NCBI GenBank assembly: GCA_937625935.1
Contig: OW569370.1
Span: 186,001-250,000, forward strand
Direction: 5' to 3'
DNA length: 64,000 nucleotides
Source: Tetramitus jugosus
Taxonomy: Eukaryota > Protista > Heterolobosea
How positions within the stretch are numbered: the stretch's first letter is position 1; every line of letters starts with the position of its first letter. The notes beneath the pieces are model-generated. The model had not been told where the DNA came from. It searched no databases and saw only the letters and a list, made by a program, of their open reading frames with translations. The position numbers were made by a program, and so were the translations under genes. Positions 9,908-21,153 of the stretch are shown here, piece after piece.

Positions 9908-10061
9908 GCAATTGCTTATGACAGCGCGATTCGTGCACTGTTTGATGCATTCTTCCAGTTTTTCACTTGTGGAACTTGAAGGTTCAAAAAGAAAGCAGGT
10001 TCAGTGAGTTTATGCATAAAAATTTCCCATTTCATTCAACAAAAAGCACAACAACAACAAA

Positions 10062-12281
10062 ATGGCAAAGAGGAAAAGAGAAAAGAGCAATTACTCACGC
10101 AAACAACAATCGAGTAACAACAATAACAAGAGAGACAAGCGGAAAAGTCTTGCCGGTGTGACTCCAAATCTTCCGAGCGCCAATTCTCCTCCCGCCAAAA
10201 GATTCAAAAAGGCGCCAAAAAATGCCGTTTTTGCAAGTGTGTTTGGTGATGATGCACGACCAGAGATTTCTCTGCTTAGCTCTCTACCGTCGTCCACCAC
10301 TAACAATCACAACAACAACAATCATCATGTGATTCAACTGAGAGACGTTCAAGATTTGATCATGTGGGTCGTAACCAACACGAGTCACTCAAGAGTGTTC
10401 ATGGTCAAGCACAAGCCACTCATTGAAAAAGTGTTGGTCATTTATGTGAATTCTCTCGATTATACCACACTTGAAAAGCACTTGAATCATGGTGAGAATG
10501 ATGATGAAAAGTCAACATCATCATCAGTATTGAATGTGTTTCATCGTACTCATCCACATTTTTCATGGATTGGAGCGTTGGGTGTTCATGCACCATGGAA
10601 TCGATTCCAGCAGAATGCACAATTGATGAAGGAATCGAGAAATTGTTCGGAAGCTTGGAAATTTCGAAGCATTTCCAATTTGATGCGAACAAAGGTTGAA
10701 AAGGTGCAACAGAAAAGAAATTACGCTGCTCACCAGCAGCACACTCATCAGTCAATGAGTGGAACATTGGCCATTCTTCAACAACAAGAAAAACAACATG
10801 AAAAGCATGAAAATGAAGATGATGACGATGGAATGATTCAAGTGACTAAACGAAGAAAGCGTGATGAGAAATTAAATGATGAGAATGATGATGCGAAATC
10901 TTTTGAAAAGACTACGTTGACGACGACTACTACGACGATGACAACTACTAGTCAAAACAGTGATAATTTGGAAGAGAAGGATGACAATAATGGTGATGAG
11001 AAACATGACATCACAAAAACGATGACGACAACTACGACAACGACGACTACTACACTTGTTGAAAAAGTACCTCGGAGTCAATTGTTGCTCAGTGAGAGTC
11101 AATTACTGGAGCATGGTTATCCGAATGAGAAGGATGTGTTGGAAAGACAGTTCAAACAAACGATTATTAATGAAGTACAGACGAATAATGATGATGAAAA
11201 TGAATCAAAAACGCGCAAGCATAAACTCGTTGCTATTGATTGTGAAATGTGTGTGACTGTTGAGGGATTGGAATTGACGCGAGCGACACTGTTGGACGAA
11301 GATGGAAGTGTGTTCTATGACGAATTAGTGAAACCGCATAATCAAATTGTGGATTACAATACGAGGTACAGTGGTATTACGTATCATCACTTGGAACATG
11401 TAACAAAACGGTTGTCTGATGTGCAAAGCGATATTTTACAATTGATTGATTCGGAAACGATATTGGTTGGTCACTCGTTGGAGAATGATTTACAGAGTTT
11501 GAAGTTGGTTCACAAGAAGGTGATTGACACTGCCATTCTGTATCCTCATCCCAAGGGTGAACGATTCAAATGCTCACTCAGGATTCTAGCCAACAAATTT
11601 TTGTTGCGAGAAATTCAGATGAACGCCGATGGTCATGACAGTGCAGAAGATGCACTGGCTGCGCTTGATTTGGTCAAGATGAAGTTGGCGAGAGGACTAT
11701 CGTTTGGAAGCTCTCACGGGAGAGTAGACTTGGAAAGTATTTTGGCTGTGATGAACAGAGAGAACAAGAAAAGTGTGCTGTTTGATCATCCAAACTACTT
11801 GAATAAGATTAATGATCCCTCTGCATCCGTATCGTCTGCCATGACAGACATGGAACTCGTTTCCAAAGTAAAGAAACAGCTGAGCAAGACAACAGAGCAC
11901 TTTATCTGGTGTCAATTGCACGGACTGGAGAACATGTACCGACACAGAAAACATGAACAATTGACGGACTCTGATATTGCATCTTGTTTGCAGTCGCTCA
12001 ACTCTGACCTGAGTGCAATGTTGGATGCAGTCGAAGATAACACGCTGTGCATTGTTGTGTCTGGTCATGGAAATCTTGATCAAGTTCAAAAGTTGACTGA
12101 TCAACTCAAGGAAGAAGAGACGAAACAAGCGACAACAACAGATCAAGAGGCAGAACAAAACAATTCCAACTCTACCCTGTACAAGGAACTGATGCACGCC
12201 ATCACGCAAGCTTCCACTGGTTTTGCCTATGTGGGCATCAAACAAGAAGTGGCAGATGATGATGAGGCAACAAACAAATAA
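10062..12281 (+). CDS. DEDDh RNA exonuclease (REXO1/REXO5/Rex1-like)
   Basis: AIDCEM, DYNTRYSGIT, GHSLENDL, IDTAILY, HDSAEDA motifs; basic NLS-like N-terminus; poly-T/N/D inserts. Confidence 0.9.
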   Translation: MAKRKREKSNYSRKQQSSNNNNKRDKRKSLAGVTPNLPSANSPPAKRFKKAPKNAVFASVFGDDARPEISLLSSLPSSTTNNHNNNNHHVIQLRDVQDLIMWVVTNTSHSRVFMVKHKPLIEKVLVIYVNSLDYTTLEKHLNHGENDDEKSTSSSVLNVFHRTHPHFSWIGALGVHAPWNRFQQNAQLMKESRNCSEAWKFRSISNLMRTKVEKVQQKRNYAAHQQHTHQSMSGTLAILQQQEKQHEKHENEDDDDGMIQVTKRRKRDEKLNDENDDAKSFEKTTLTTTTTTMTTTSQNSDNLEEKDDNNGDEKHDITKTMTTTTTTTTTTLVEKVPRSQLLLSESQLLEHGYPNEKDVLERQFKQTIINEVQTNNDDENESKTRKHKLVAIDCEMCVTVEGLELTRATLLDEDGSVFYDELVKPHNQIVDYNTRYSGITYHHLEHVTKRLSDVQSDILQLIDSETILVGHSLENDLQSLKLVHKKVIDTAILYPHPKGERFKCSLRILANKFLLREIQMNADGHDSAEDALAALDLVKMKLARGLSFGSSHGRVDLESILAVMNRENKKSVLFDHPNYLNKINDPSASVSSAMTDMELVSKVKKQLSKTTEHFIWCQLHGLENMYRHRKHEQLTDSDIASCLQSLNSDLSAMLDAVEDNTLCIVVSGHGNLDQVQKLTDQLKEEETKQATTTDQEAEQNNSNSTLYKELMHAITQASTGFAYVGIKQEVADDDEATNK

Positions 12282-12422
12282 TGAATTGAAAGCTACAGAG
12301 TAAAGTGTTCATTTACTACAGTGTATTGACTTAGGATGTGTGTATGCTTGTTTTTAGACCAATAAAATACAAAACTCGTTATCGAAGCAGAACGAGATAG
12401 CTCTAGTTGACCAATAACTCGA

Positions 12423-13139
12423 TTAAAGACCCAAAATTTGCTTCTTTTTCAGTTCGAACTCTTGATTGGTCAGAATACCCTTGTCGCGCAACTCTGCCAA
12501 CTTGATCAAATCATCATAGCTGCTGCTGCTACTACTGCTGCTATGATTCGAGCTCTTGGCGGCAACTGGCGGACCAGGTGCAGGTCGGCTATTTGATGAA
12601 GAACTTGCAGGGGACACTGGAGGAGCAACTCTCTGCGGCAAAGCTTTTGGCGCCGTTTTTCTTGGGGAAACCTTTACGCCGAGCTGCGGCAACGATCGGT
12701 GAGCGCTCTTGCTCAAAATGAGCATAGCAAACGAGTACAATGACTCAATGACCCACGGAATGTTCTTTGCTTCGTACAAGTCGGCCTCTGCAAAACATTC
12801 GCGCTCAGGCAAACCCATCTGTTGACATGACTTTGTGAAAACGTGCAAATTCTCCATGCACAAATAACTCAATCTTCCATTGTTGATTTTCTTGATGAAT
12901 CCCGGCTTGATTGTATTGATGAGCTTGCACAGCACTTGTCCGTCCTTTAACTCTTCTTGAACGTTCATACTGTCGGAGAATCTCTCACCTGTCACAGATT
13001 GGATCCAGTGCATGACTTCCAAGACTTTTTCTGGGTTGTCTTTTTCCTGCTTTTTTTTGGCGAGTTCAATGTCCATGCCGTAGAGTGGACGACCGAATTT
13101 GTCCTTTGGTGCTTCTTGGTGACGAGTGAAATTGGACAT
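12423..13139 (-). CDS. Transgelin/calponin-type CH-domain protein with C-terminal SHOCT-like domain
   Basis: LKDGQVLCKLINTIKPG, MENL, DLYEAKNIPWVIESL. C-terminus LIKLAELRDKGILTNQEFELKKKQIL fits SHOCT. Confidence 0.85.
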   Translation of the reverse strand: MSNFTRHQEAPKDKFGRPLYGMDIELAKKKQEKDNPEKVLEVMHWIQSVTGERFSDSMNVQEELKDGQVLCKLINTIKPGFIKKINNGRLSYLCMENLHVFTKSCQQMGLPERECFAEADLYEAKNIPWVIESLYSFAMLILSKSAHRSLPQLGVKVSPRKTAPKALPQRVAPPVSPASSSSNSRPAPGPPVAAKSSNHSSSSSSSSYDDLIKLAELRDKGILTNQEFELKKKQILGL

Positions 13140-13371
13140 TTTTTATCAGTGTTGTTTGTTTGGTTGTTAATTTGTTGTTTGTGGCGATCTGATGCTGAGC
13201 TTTGTGCTTTTGATTAGTTGTCACAAGGAAAAGAAAATGAATTTGTGACATGATTCGCACTACGAAACGTCAAGTGTCAATGAAAAAACGGTTTGAAAGC
13301 GGAAAAATAACAGGGATTGTATTTGCATTGCTAACTGATACAAGGTGTGAATCAACAATGAGACCACCATA

Positions 13372-16300
13372 TTAGAACAAGTAAACCCTCTTCTTCATCT
13401 CTTGTTGCTTCCAAACAGGATGAGTGTAGAATTCTTGCTTTGAGATATCGAAAACAGCACTAAAGTCCTGCTCTGACAAGTAGGATTCAAGCTTCAATGG
13501 ATCGACACCTTCTGGCAATGGTTCATTTAGAAGTACAGAATATGGATAGGTGGCACCTCCACAATAAATCTTCATCACTTCGGCAAGAGTAGCCAAAGTG
13601 TTTTCCTTCTTTGCTGTGGAGGAGGACATGATCGAACTTCTTCTTCTGGCTGTGCCAGAAGTAGTGTTCCAACCCTGGATACCAAAGAAGAATTCATTGG
13701 TCTCTTTGCCGTCATATGCAACAAATGCCTTTGAAAATCCTTCACTCGCCAACGAATTGAGCATATCTTCCGCAGTGAACAGAGCACCCTTCTTCACAAA
13801 GTCATCAGAGCTTCTGCCCAACCAGACAAATATGCATCCCTGGTCACTGTATGGAACCAAGATGTAGCAGTTGTTATGATTTAACAATTCATCTTGACAT
13901 ACATGTCGCACCTCATCACACGAGAAAATACCAGTTGATTGTGTGCAGAGGAACAATCGAGAATAGTGTCTAAGTGATGGCTTTGAAGATGGCTTAATGT
14001 ATCGAACATTTTTGGTGGCAAAGGTGTTGATGAATGCCTCGGGCTCATCTCCCTCCTTCACTTCGGATACACTCTTTGACATGACTGCCGATATCTTCTT
14101 TGCATGCTCATATTCAACATTGATCGAACGAGAACCTCTCCAGATGAAAGCATTTGTGTTACCTGGTTGCAGCAACACATAGCAATGAAGTGGATTCAGT
14201 CTAGAGAAGTCACTTTCAATCTCAACTGCCTTGGCATTGTTTGCTGTTGTTCCTCTCACATCATACAATCTGCTACCGTTGGATTGAGCAGTGTATGAGC
14301 CTTTGTGAACCACGAACTTGCCCTTGAACAACATAATAAACTCGACTGGTTCCTTGTTTTGTTCAATCCGGATCTGAGCGGCACTTCCGTCCATATTGTC
14401 ATCAATACCGACGGACAACACAGCTGACGCACCTTTGCTCTGATTTGATGTCTCTCTTCCTTGCCAGAAGAATAGAATGTGTTGAACAGTAGGTGCACCC
14501 TTTTGAGTCCATGTGAACAGAACGATGAATGTGTCTTGAGCAAAGAAGTGGCCATAGAGTTGCTCAGGATATTCCTCCTTACTAAACTTGTTCACTCTCC
14601 AGATCTTGATCTTCTGAGATTTGAACACTGTGTTCTCAGAGAATGGAATATCATCCTCCTTCAGCTCAACAATGCTTGTCCTCAAAATACCCTTGACATC
14701 AACATCTTGCTGCTCCTTCTTCGTAGCAATATTACCACGTAGTTCAACAATCTGTGTAGCAATAGGAAGCATACCAGGATAGCCAGTAAACTTCTCTTTC
14801 CACAGAGATGTTTCTGCACCTTCGGCAATCTGAGTAATCTTGATCCATGACTTTCTATCAGGTTGTTGTAACAGTTTTTCTGCTACAACCATGGCTAGGT
14901 TTCTCTGTGCTGGCACTGCGTTCTTTCCAATCCACACCATCACTTCATCCTTCGTATCTAGAACGTACACGTACTTGGTGTTCAAAATATCCTTGTTTGG
15001 TCTTCCACTGGCTGGAACTCCTACTGTTGTAATGGCCTTGGCTAGATCCTTGATATTGGACACACGATACAATGTAGGCTTGCTGCTGATTGATGGCGCA
15101 GGTGCCTGATCACCAGGGACCTTAGATTCGTTCTCAATACCTCCAAATAGCTTCCAGAATTGAGTGTTAGCCTTCTTCATCTCGTCATTCATGTCCGACT
15201 CACTATCAATGACCTTGAGTTCAGCTGCTCCACCTCTTTCCTTGAACTTAATGGTCGATGATAGCTCCAATCCCTTGGCTTTTTGCAACTTGCTGGCATT
15301 CTTTCCGTTCCATTGATAAACAACTGTTCCACAGTCAACAACATACACATTTCGATGATTCAATGATGAGAAACTGAATTCGACCTGTGAAACATCGACT
15401 TGCTTGTTTCCTTGGATAGTATACATGGCTTTATCTTTTCCTTCCTTCAATCGCGCAAAATCAGTGACAGCGACATCCTTGCTTGGCTTCTCCTTAATGT
15501 CAGTAATGCCCAATGAGGCAGCAACTGGTTTCTTATGGGATCTCGAAGCATCTGTAAATCCGAGTCTAATATCTTCAGATTGTGAAGAATTCATCTCAGA
15601 CAATAAGTTATCCGTATCATCAGATGTATCGTAGAACTCCTTGAGAATTTGCAATGAATCGATCCAACTTCTCTTCACTTGAATGGTAGGACAGAGGAAA
15701 ATGTTGGTCTCTCCCTTGATGGCCTTGATGACAAAGTAGAATTTTGCATCGTCTCTCTTCATGTGGAACGAGATGGCCATTTCTGTTGTCATCTCCTCGA
15801 TAGCGAAAATGGTCTGAATAGGAATGATTTGGTCAATCAATTCCTTTTCAACAGGTACACCAGAGTTCAATCGATCCAATCCAGCTCTCGAATTAAATAC
15901 GAAGAGACTAGCCGTGTTGTCATCAAAGAAAATCCAACGTTTCTTCACCGTACCGTCACTGCCTCTCTTGAGCAGTTGACCACACACTTGACTGTCCAAA
16001 TCATCAAGCTCTCCAGACTCACCAAGTTGATCCTCCTCATCATCCATCAACTTTTTAATAAACTCAATTTCAGTCAACAAGGTTTGATACCACAATTCAC
16101 ATGTTTGATCATCCTCTGCCTTCAAAATAAAGTTTCTACCAGGTGTAAAGATTTGAATACACTTGTGACTGCTCTTCTTTGAAATCTTTGTCGAAACACC
16201 CTTCTCAACAGACAATGCCTTATCCAAATGAATGTAGCCCAGTGCAGATTTGCTCTGCTTTGCCTTGTAAGACAGAGTGTGCTCCTCTGGTGTATACTCA

Positions 16301-17472
16301 AAGTAACGCTTTCTCCATCCACCCGAAGGTCCCAACTTCTTCAATTTGCCACACAAATTGAAACTACTGGTCGTGGAGTTCTCTGCTCTGGCAGCCTTCT
16401 TCTCATTGGCTGCATGTTGCGAATAAGGACTCATGGCCAATCGAATATTGGCCATCCATTCCTCGCACAGAGTAGCATTCTCAGCCATTAGAATATAGTC
16501 TCTCGAAACGGTTTGAATCACAAAACTGGTGCGACTCTTTGGCGCACTCACAATATCTCTCACCTCCTTGAGACAAATCTTGCCCAGTGATCTCGATGCC
16601 TCCTTTTTATCAAAATAGAAAATGTTGCCATCTTCAATGGTGAACCATCGACGCTTCTTACCAATACCATATGGATTCTTCTTGTCCAGGTATCCACTGT
16701 ACTTTGTCGCTTGAGTAAACTCCTGAGTCATTTGTTGCACCGTTGTCGTAGCTTCACTAAACTTGCTCTTTCGGTCAGAATCGAGTCGAATGCTATATTT
16801 GTGAGAAGATGACGTGCCTGTCATACTGTTCCACATGTCTTCATCACGACTGCTCTGTCTCTGTAGAGACGTAGATGTCGATGGTGGCGATAATGTAGCC
16901 TGTGATTGTTTTTCAGACTCCTCATCACGATGACTGGCAGATGACGATGATGAAGATGACTCTGAAGAAGGTGACTGCTGTGGTTGTTGTTGAGTAGACG
17001 ATGTTGGTGGTGGTGTGTTGGCAGAAATGACAGATTTTCGGTGAACAGCAGTCGATTTACCTCTGGATCGAATCACTCGAACATTATTACCACTATTGCT
17101 GTTGTTTCCAATGATACTTCCACTTCGGATCACTGCAGTACTCGCTGTTGTTGCGGTTGTGACCGTAGTTGTCTTACTCGGAGAATCTGTAGCTGCCAAA
17201 TCCGTTGTCGGAGTGGGAGAAGAAGAAAATTGAGGGTTCCAATCTTCGTCATCGCTACTTCCATCGTCCTCGTCGTCACTGTCATTGACCGCAACTGAAC
17301 TGTTTGTGATAATTACAGGCACATCGTCATCATCATCGTCGTCGTCATTGTCATCTTCACCACCATTGGCAGAAGGTACAACTGTCATTTGAATCTCATC
17401 CTCAACCTCCCAATCTTCATCCGCTTCGTCGTCACTGGACGAATGGTTCTCATAATGATTGTTGTTGACCAT
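13372..17472 (-). CDS. Villidin-like protein: acidic N-terminus, 3 PH domains, gelsolin repeats, villin headpiece
   Basis: PH motifs (SGYLDKK..KRRWF, GKLKKLG..WRKRYF, GQLLKRG..KKRWI); gelsolin motifs (YQWNGK, WIGK, FFWQGRETS, EQNKEP); headpiece PEGVDPLKLESYLS..WKQQEMKK..LF. Confidence 0.9.
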   Translation of the reverse strand: MVNNNHYENHSSSDDEADEDWEVEDEIQMTVVPSANGGEDDNDDDDDDDDVPVIITNSSVAVNDSDDEDDGSSDDEDWNPQFSSSPTPTTDLAATDSPSKTTTVTTATTASTAVIRSGSIIGNNSNSGNNVRVIRSRGKSTAVHRKSVISANTPPPTSSTQQQPQQSPSSESSSSSSSASHRDEESEKQSQATLSPPSTSTSLQRQSSRDEDMWNSMTGTSSSHKYSIRLDSDRKSKFSEATTTVQQMTQEFTQATKYSGYLDKKNPYGIGKKRRWFTIEDGNIFYFDKKEASRSLGKICLKEVRDIVSAPKSRTSFVIQTVSRDYILMAENATLCEEWMANIRLAMSPYSQHAANEKKAARAENSTTSSFNLCGKLKKLGPSGGWRKRYFEYTPEEHTLSYKAKQSKSALGYIHLDKALSVEKGVSTKISKKSSHKCIQIFTPGRNFILKAEDDQTCELWYQTLLTEIEFIKKLMDDEEDQLGESGELDDLDSQVCGQLLKRGSDGTVKKRWIFFDDNTASLFVFNSRAGLDRLNSGVPVEKELIDQIIPIQTIFAIEEMTTEMAISFHMKRDDAKFYFVIKAIKGETNIFLCPTIQVKRSWIDSLQILKEFYDTSDDTDNLLSEMNSSQSEDIRLGFTDASRSHKKPVAASLGITDIKEKPSKDVAVTDFARLKEGKDKAMYTIQGNKQVDVSQVEFSFSSLNHRNVYVVDCGTVVYQWNGKNASKLQKAKGLELSSTIKFKERGGAAELKVIDSESDMNDEMKKANTQFWKLFGGIENESKVPGDQAPAPSISSKPTLYRVSNIKDLAKAITTVGVPASGRPNKDILNTKYVYVLDTKDEVMVWIGKNAVPAQRNLAMVVAEKLLQQPDRKSWIKITQIAEGAETSLWKEKFTGYPGMLPIATQIVELRGNIATKKEQQDVDVKGILRTSIVELKEDDIPFSENTVFKSQKIKIWRVNKFSKEEYPEQLYGHFFAQDTFIVLFTWTQKGAPTVQHILFFWQGRETSNQSKGASAVLSVGIDDNMDGSAAQIRIEQNKEPVEFIMLFKGKFVVHKGSYTAQSNGSRLYDVRGTTANNAKAVEIESDFSRLNPLHCYVLLQPGNTNAFIWRGSRSINVEYEHAKKISAVMSKSVSEVKEGDEPEAFINTFATKNVRYIKPSSKPSLRHYSRLFLCTQSTGIFSCDEVRHVCQDELLNHNNCYILVPYSDQGCIFVWLGRSSDDFVKKGALFTAEDMLNSLASEGFSKAFVAYDGKETNEFFFGIQGWNTTSGTARRRSSIMSSSTAKKENTLATLAEVMKIYCGGATYPYSVLLNEPLPEGVDPLKLESYLSEQDFSAVFDISKQEFYTHPVWKQQEMKKRVYLF

Positions 17473-17935
17473 TATTGTGGTATGTTATATTATTCGTTGA
17501 TGCAGTGGTTCGTTGTTGGTGGGACACCCGAAAGGAATATGAACTAACGATTAATATTGGTTGGTTTTGTGATGTTTTTGTTGTAACTTTACAAACGTGT
17601 GAAACACAACCTATGGATGAGAGATGTTTTTAGCAGACCGTTCTCGCTGTGGGATCATAAGGGGAGCGTGTTTGGAGGGGCTTTCCAATAGTGCTAACTT
17701 CTGTGAATTACCAAGGTGACATCTGACGGACTAAATGTGATTCGTTGACGAGCGGGCACTTGATTTTGACACGCCGCTTTCCGATGGATATCAAATTGAT
17801 ATCTGAATGTTGATTTTGGCGCCAAAGCTGCACGTGGGAATTCCAATCACACACAGTGGACTCTTAGATGATACAGGAGAGAGAGCGCAAGGACAACGGT
17901 TCTCCAGGAGAACATTGATCACTGAAAGGTCTCGT

Positions 17936-18628
17936 TTACTTCTTTTCAAATTTCAAAGCAGCACTGTTGATACAGTATCTCATACCAGTCTTATCCCTTG
18001 GTCCATCATTAAACACATGACCCAAATGACAATGACACTTTCTACACAAAATCTCTGTTCTTGGCATGTGAGCAATCTTGTGATCAACCAACTCGATCAC
18101 CGATTCCTTGTTCACTGTATCCCAGAAACTTGGCCAACCTGTTCCAGAGTCGAACTTTGTGTTGCTATCAAACAGATCTGTGCCACAACAAGTACACTTG
18201 TACATGCCTGTTTCCTTATTGTTCCACAGGGGACCTGTGAAAGCTCTTTCAGTTCCCTTTCTTCTGCACACTTCATACTCTTGTGGTGTCAATGACTTTC
18301 TCCATTCGTCATCAGTCTTTTCAATCTCTGGTTTTGGTAGCTCCATTTCTGTTGTTGCTGTGTTTTTTGTTTCGTTGCTCTCACTATTTCCCATAAATAT
18401 GGTATTTGTTTGATATTGTCGTTGTTGCTGATCTGTGTTGTGGCAGATCAAGTTTTTTTTGTTTGAAGTTTTTGTTGTTCTTTGGATGAAGAAGAACGAT
18501 TGGTGGTAGGGGTGGGCAGTGATGGTGATTGACCTTGGATGTAGAGGGGTGAATCGGTTGACACGAAACAGAGTGCTAAGGCTCTTGATGCTTGGTTGGG
18601 TGCGGGTGACTATTGATGCAAGGAACAT
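17936..18628 (-). CDS. msrB: Methionine-R-sulfoxide reductase B (Cys form) with N-terminal extension
   Basis: GTERAFTG, two CxxC, KFDSGTGWPSF, HLGHVFNDGP, RYCINS; first ATG at 18628. Confidence 0.95.
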   Translation of the reverse strand: MFLASIVTRTQPSIKSLSTLFRVNRFTPLHPRSITITAHPYHQSFFFIQRTTKTSNKKNLICHNTDQQQRQYQTNTIFMGNSESNETKNTATTEMELPKPEIEKTDDEWRKSLTPQEYEVCRRKGTERAFTGPLWNNKETGMYKCTCCGTDLFDSNTKFDSGTGWPSFWDTVNKESVIELVDHKIAHMPRTEILCRKCHCHLGHVFNDGPRDKTGMRYCINSAALKFEKK

Positions 18629-18821
18629 GGTTTCGGTTGTTGATTTCAATTTCGGGCACCAGTGATACCCAACTTGTTTACTTGCTAAAAATTAAGGGTA
18701 TTACCCGGTGTTTCATCCTAATTATTGTTAAACAAGGATCACACTATTAAGTCATCCTCCTCTCTGCCAAATGATCGTAAACGAGGAGCCAGTAGGTCGG
18801 CGGATGTATTTACATGTCCTT

Positions 18822-19694
18822 TTACAACAAAGTACAGAAACTTGGCGGCTCATTGCTCCGAGACAGTACTTCCACTACACATTCTCTATTGAACTCGACT
18901 TGCTCCTTGCGCAACAGATAACCGAGCTGATTACTAACGATACGTGTCTTTCCCTTAGTTTTCGTGTGCACATAGTCCGTACTGTAATGCGAGTGACCAA
19001 ACACCCAACACTTTACACATTGTCTCATCAAGCTCTCCAGATCAGTGGCAAATGCTGTTCGTACCATTGAATTTTCATGCCTCTTTGCGACAGTGTTGAA
19101 AAAAGAAGGTGCGTGGTGAGTGAGGATCAGCACATTTTCATTGTTGGACTCTGCTTTTTGAATCTCCTCCGTCAAAAATTCCACATCACCCTTGTGCATC
19201 TCTACTGTGTCTCTCGCGTGCAATGGTCGTTCATTCTCATCATTTTCACCTCGAATCTTGATGCGCCGATAATCGTTCATCATTAGATTGATTGTGTCAA
19301 TTTCATTGTCCGGTACGTTCGACCATAGAGTGCATCCCAACACCCGAACAGTGTCACTCTCATCCTCTGGATTCACATACAAATAACTAGTCCGATCCAT
19401 GAAGATCACATTGGTGAATTGAGAACAAACTTCATTCAATTTCTTTTTGGCAGTGTAGTACTCTGTTCCGTAGAACTCATGGTTGCCTGCAATGACAAAA
19501 ACGAGTTGAAATTGCTGAGAGACCTTGGTCAAGAATTTTACATAGTGCTCATTGTCAATCTTCTCGTAGTCACTAATGGGAAGTCCAATATCACCAGTGA
19601 GCGCCAAACAGGGCGCACTCGGAATAATATCGGGAAAATCTTGGCAGAGACAATTCATCTCAAGGTGAAGATCACTTGCTAGTTGGATCTTCAT
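18822..19694 (-). CDS. Calcineurin-like metallophosphoesterase
   Basis: SDLHLE, GDIG, GNHEFY, LGCTLWS, THHAP, FGHSH. Confidence 0.9.
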   Translation of the reverse strand: MKIQLASDLHLEMNCLCQDFPDIIPSAPCLALTGDIGLPISDYEKIDNEHYVKFLTKVSQQFQLVFVIAGNHEFYGTEYYTAKKKLNEVCSQFTNVIFMDRTSYLYVNPEDESDTVRVLGCTLWSNVPDNEIDTINLMMNDYRRIKIRGENDENERPLHARDTVEMHKGDVEFLTEEIQKAESNNENVLILTHHAPSFFNTVAKRHENSMVRTAFATDLESLMRQCVKCWVFGHSHYSTDYVHTKTKGKTRIVSNQLGYLLRKEQVEFNRECVVEVLSRSNEPPSFCTLL

Positions 19695-20167
19695 GGTGGT
19701 TATCTATGGGCTTTGGTTGTCAATAAATGTTTTGTGTGGATTTTTGTGAGGACCTTCTGCCAATTCTTTGGTTCCATCATGTTCGTCGCATGTGCTCTGA
19801 ACAAGTATCATCTGTCATCATCATTGGGTTACAAACAAAACCACACCCACGTTTTACGAGCATGTGGACATGGAATCTTTGTATTGAGAGCTCAATCAAT
19901 AGAATCAATAAGATTTGTGCTCGCAGTCTACTTCTGGTGCTCAAGGAACAAACATGTGGAGGACAACAAAAAATGGACACTTGTCCCGAGGAGAAACGGT
20001 CGAATAGAACATTTCGCGCATATTTTTTTGTAATTTGTTGAAAACTTCAACCTGGCTTACAAAAAATAGTCAGATTCTCTCCTCTAATTTCCCACCAACC
20101 CCAACAAAATCGCAGCGAACCAAAAGGAAAACACAATCAAAAAAACAAACAACAAGTTAGAACAAAC

Positions 20168-20855
<688 letters not shown>

Positions 20856-21153
20856 TTTTTTGATTTCCTCAGATATGATGTAACTATTGTGCCACAAATC
20901 TTAACTATATAAAACAACAAGAGAACTCTAGCAACAACAATATTATTATACCACACACGTGAGTATCTTTTTGGAATATCCAAAATCATCTCTCAATCAC
21001 TGTCTCAAATTTGTCCGCGAATTTGATGACACTACTTCCTTTGGTCCAACAGTCCACCTTCGAATACAAAACTTCTACTTTGATGCGAAATTTCGCTTCT
21101 CAACGCCCAAATGATCGTAGAACAACTACAAAAAACCGTCCAATTGACAATAC

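Noticed and set aside
17600-18000. Selenoprotein MsrB or a SECIS element downstream
   Set aside because: The catalytic residue is Cys (RYCINS), there is no in-frame TGA, and nearby hairpins lack a SECIS core.
19683-20041. Overlapping 104-116 aa ORFs in the spacer before ARF
   Set aside because: No recognisable motifs; lies in a divergent promoter region.
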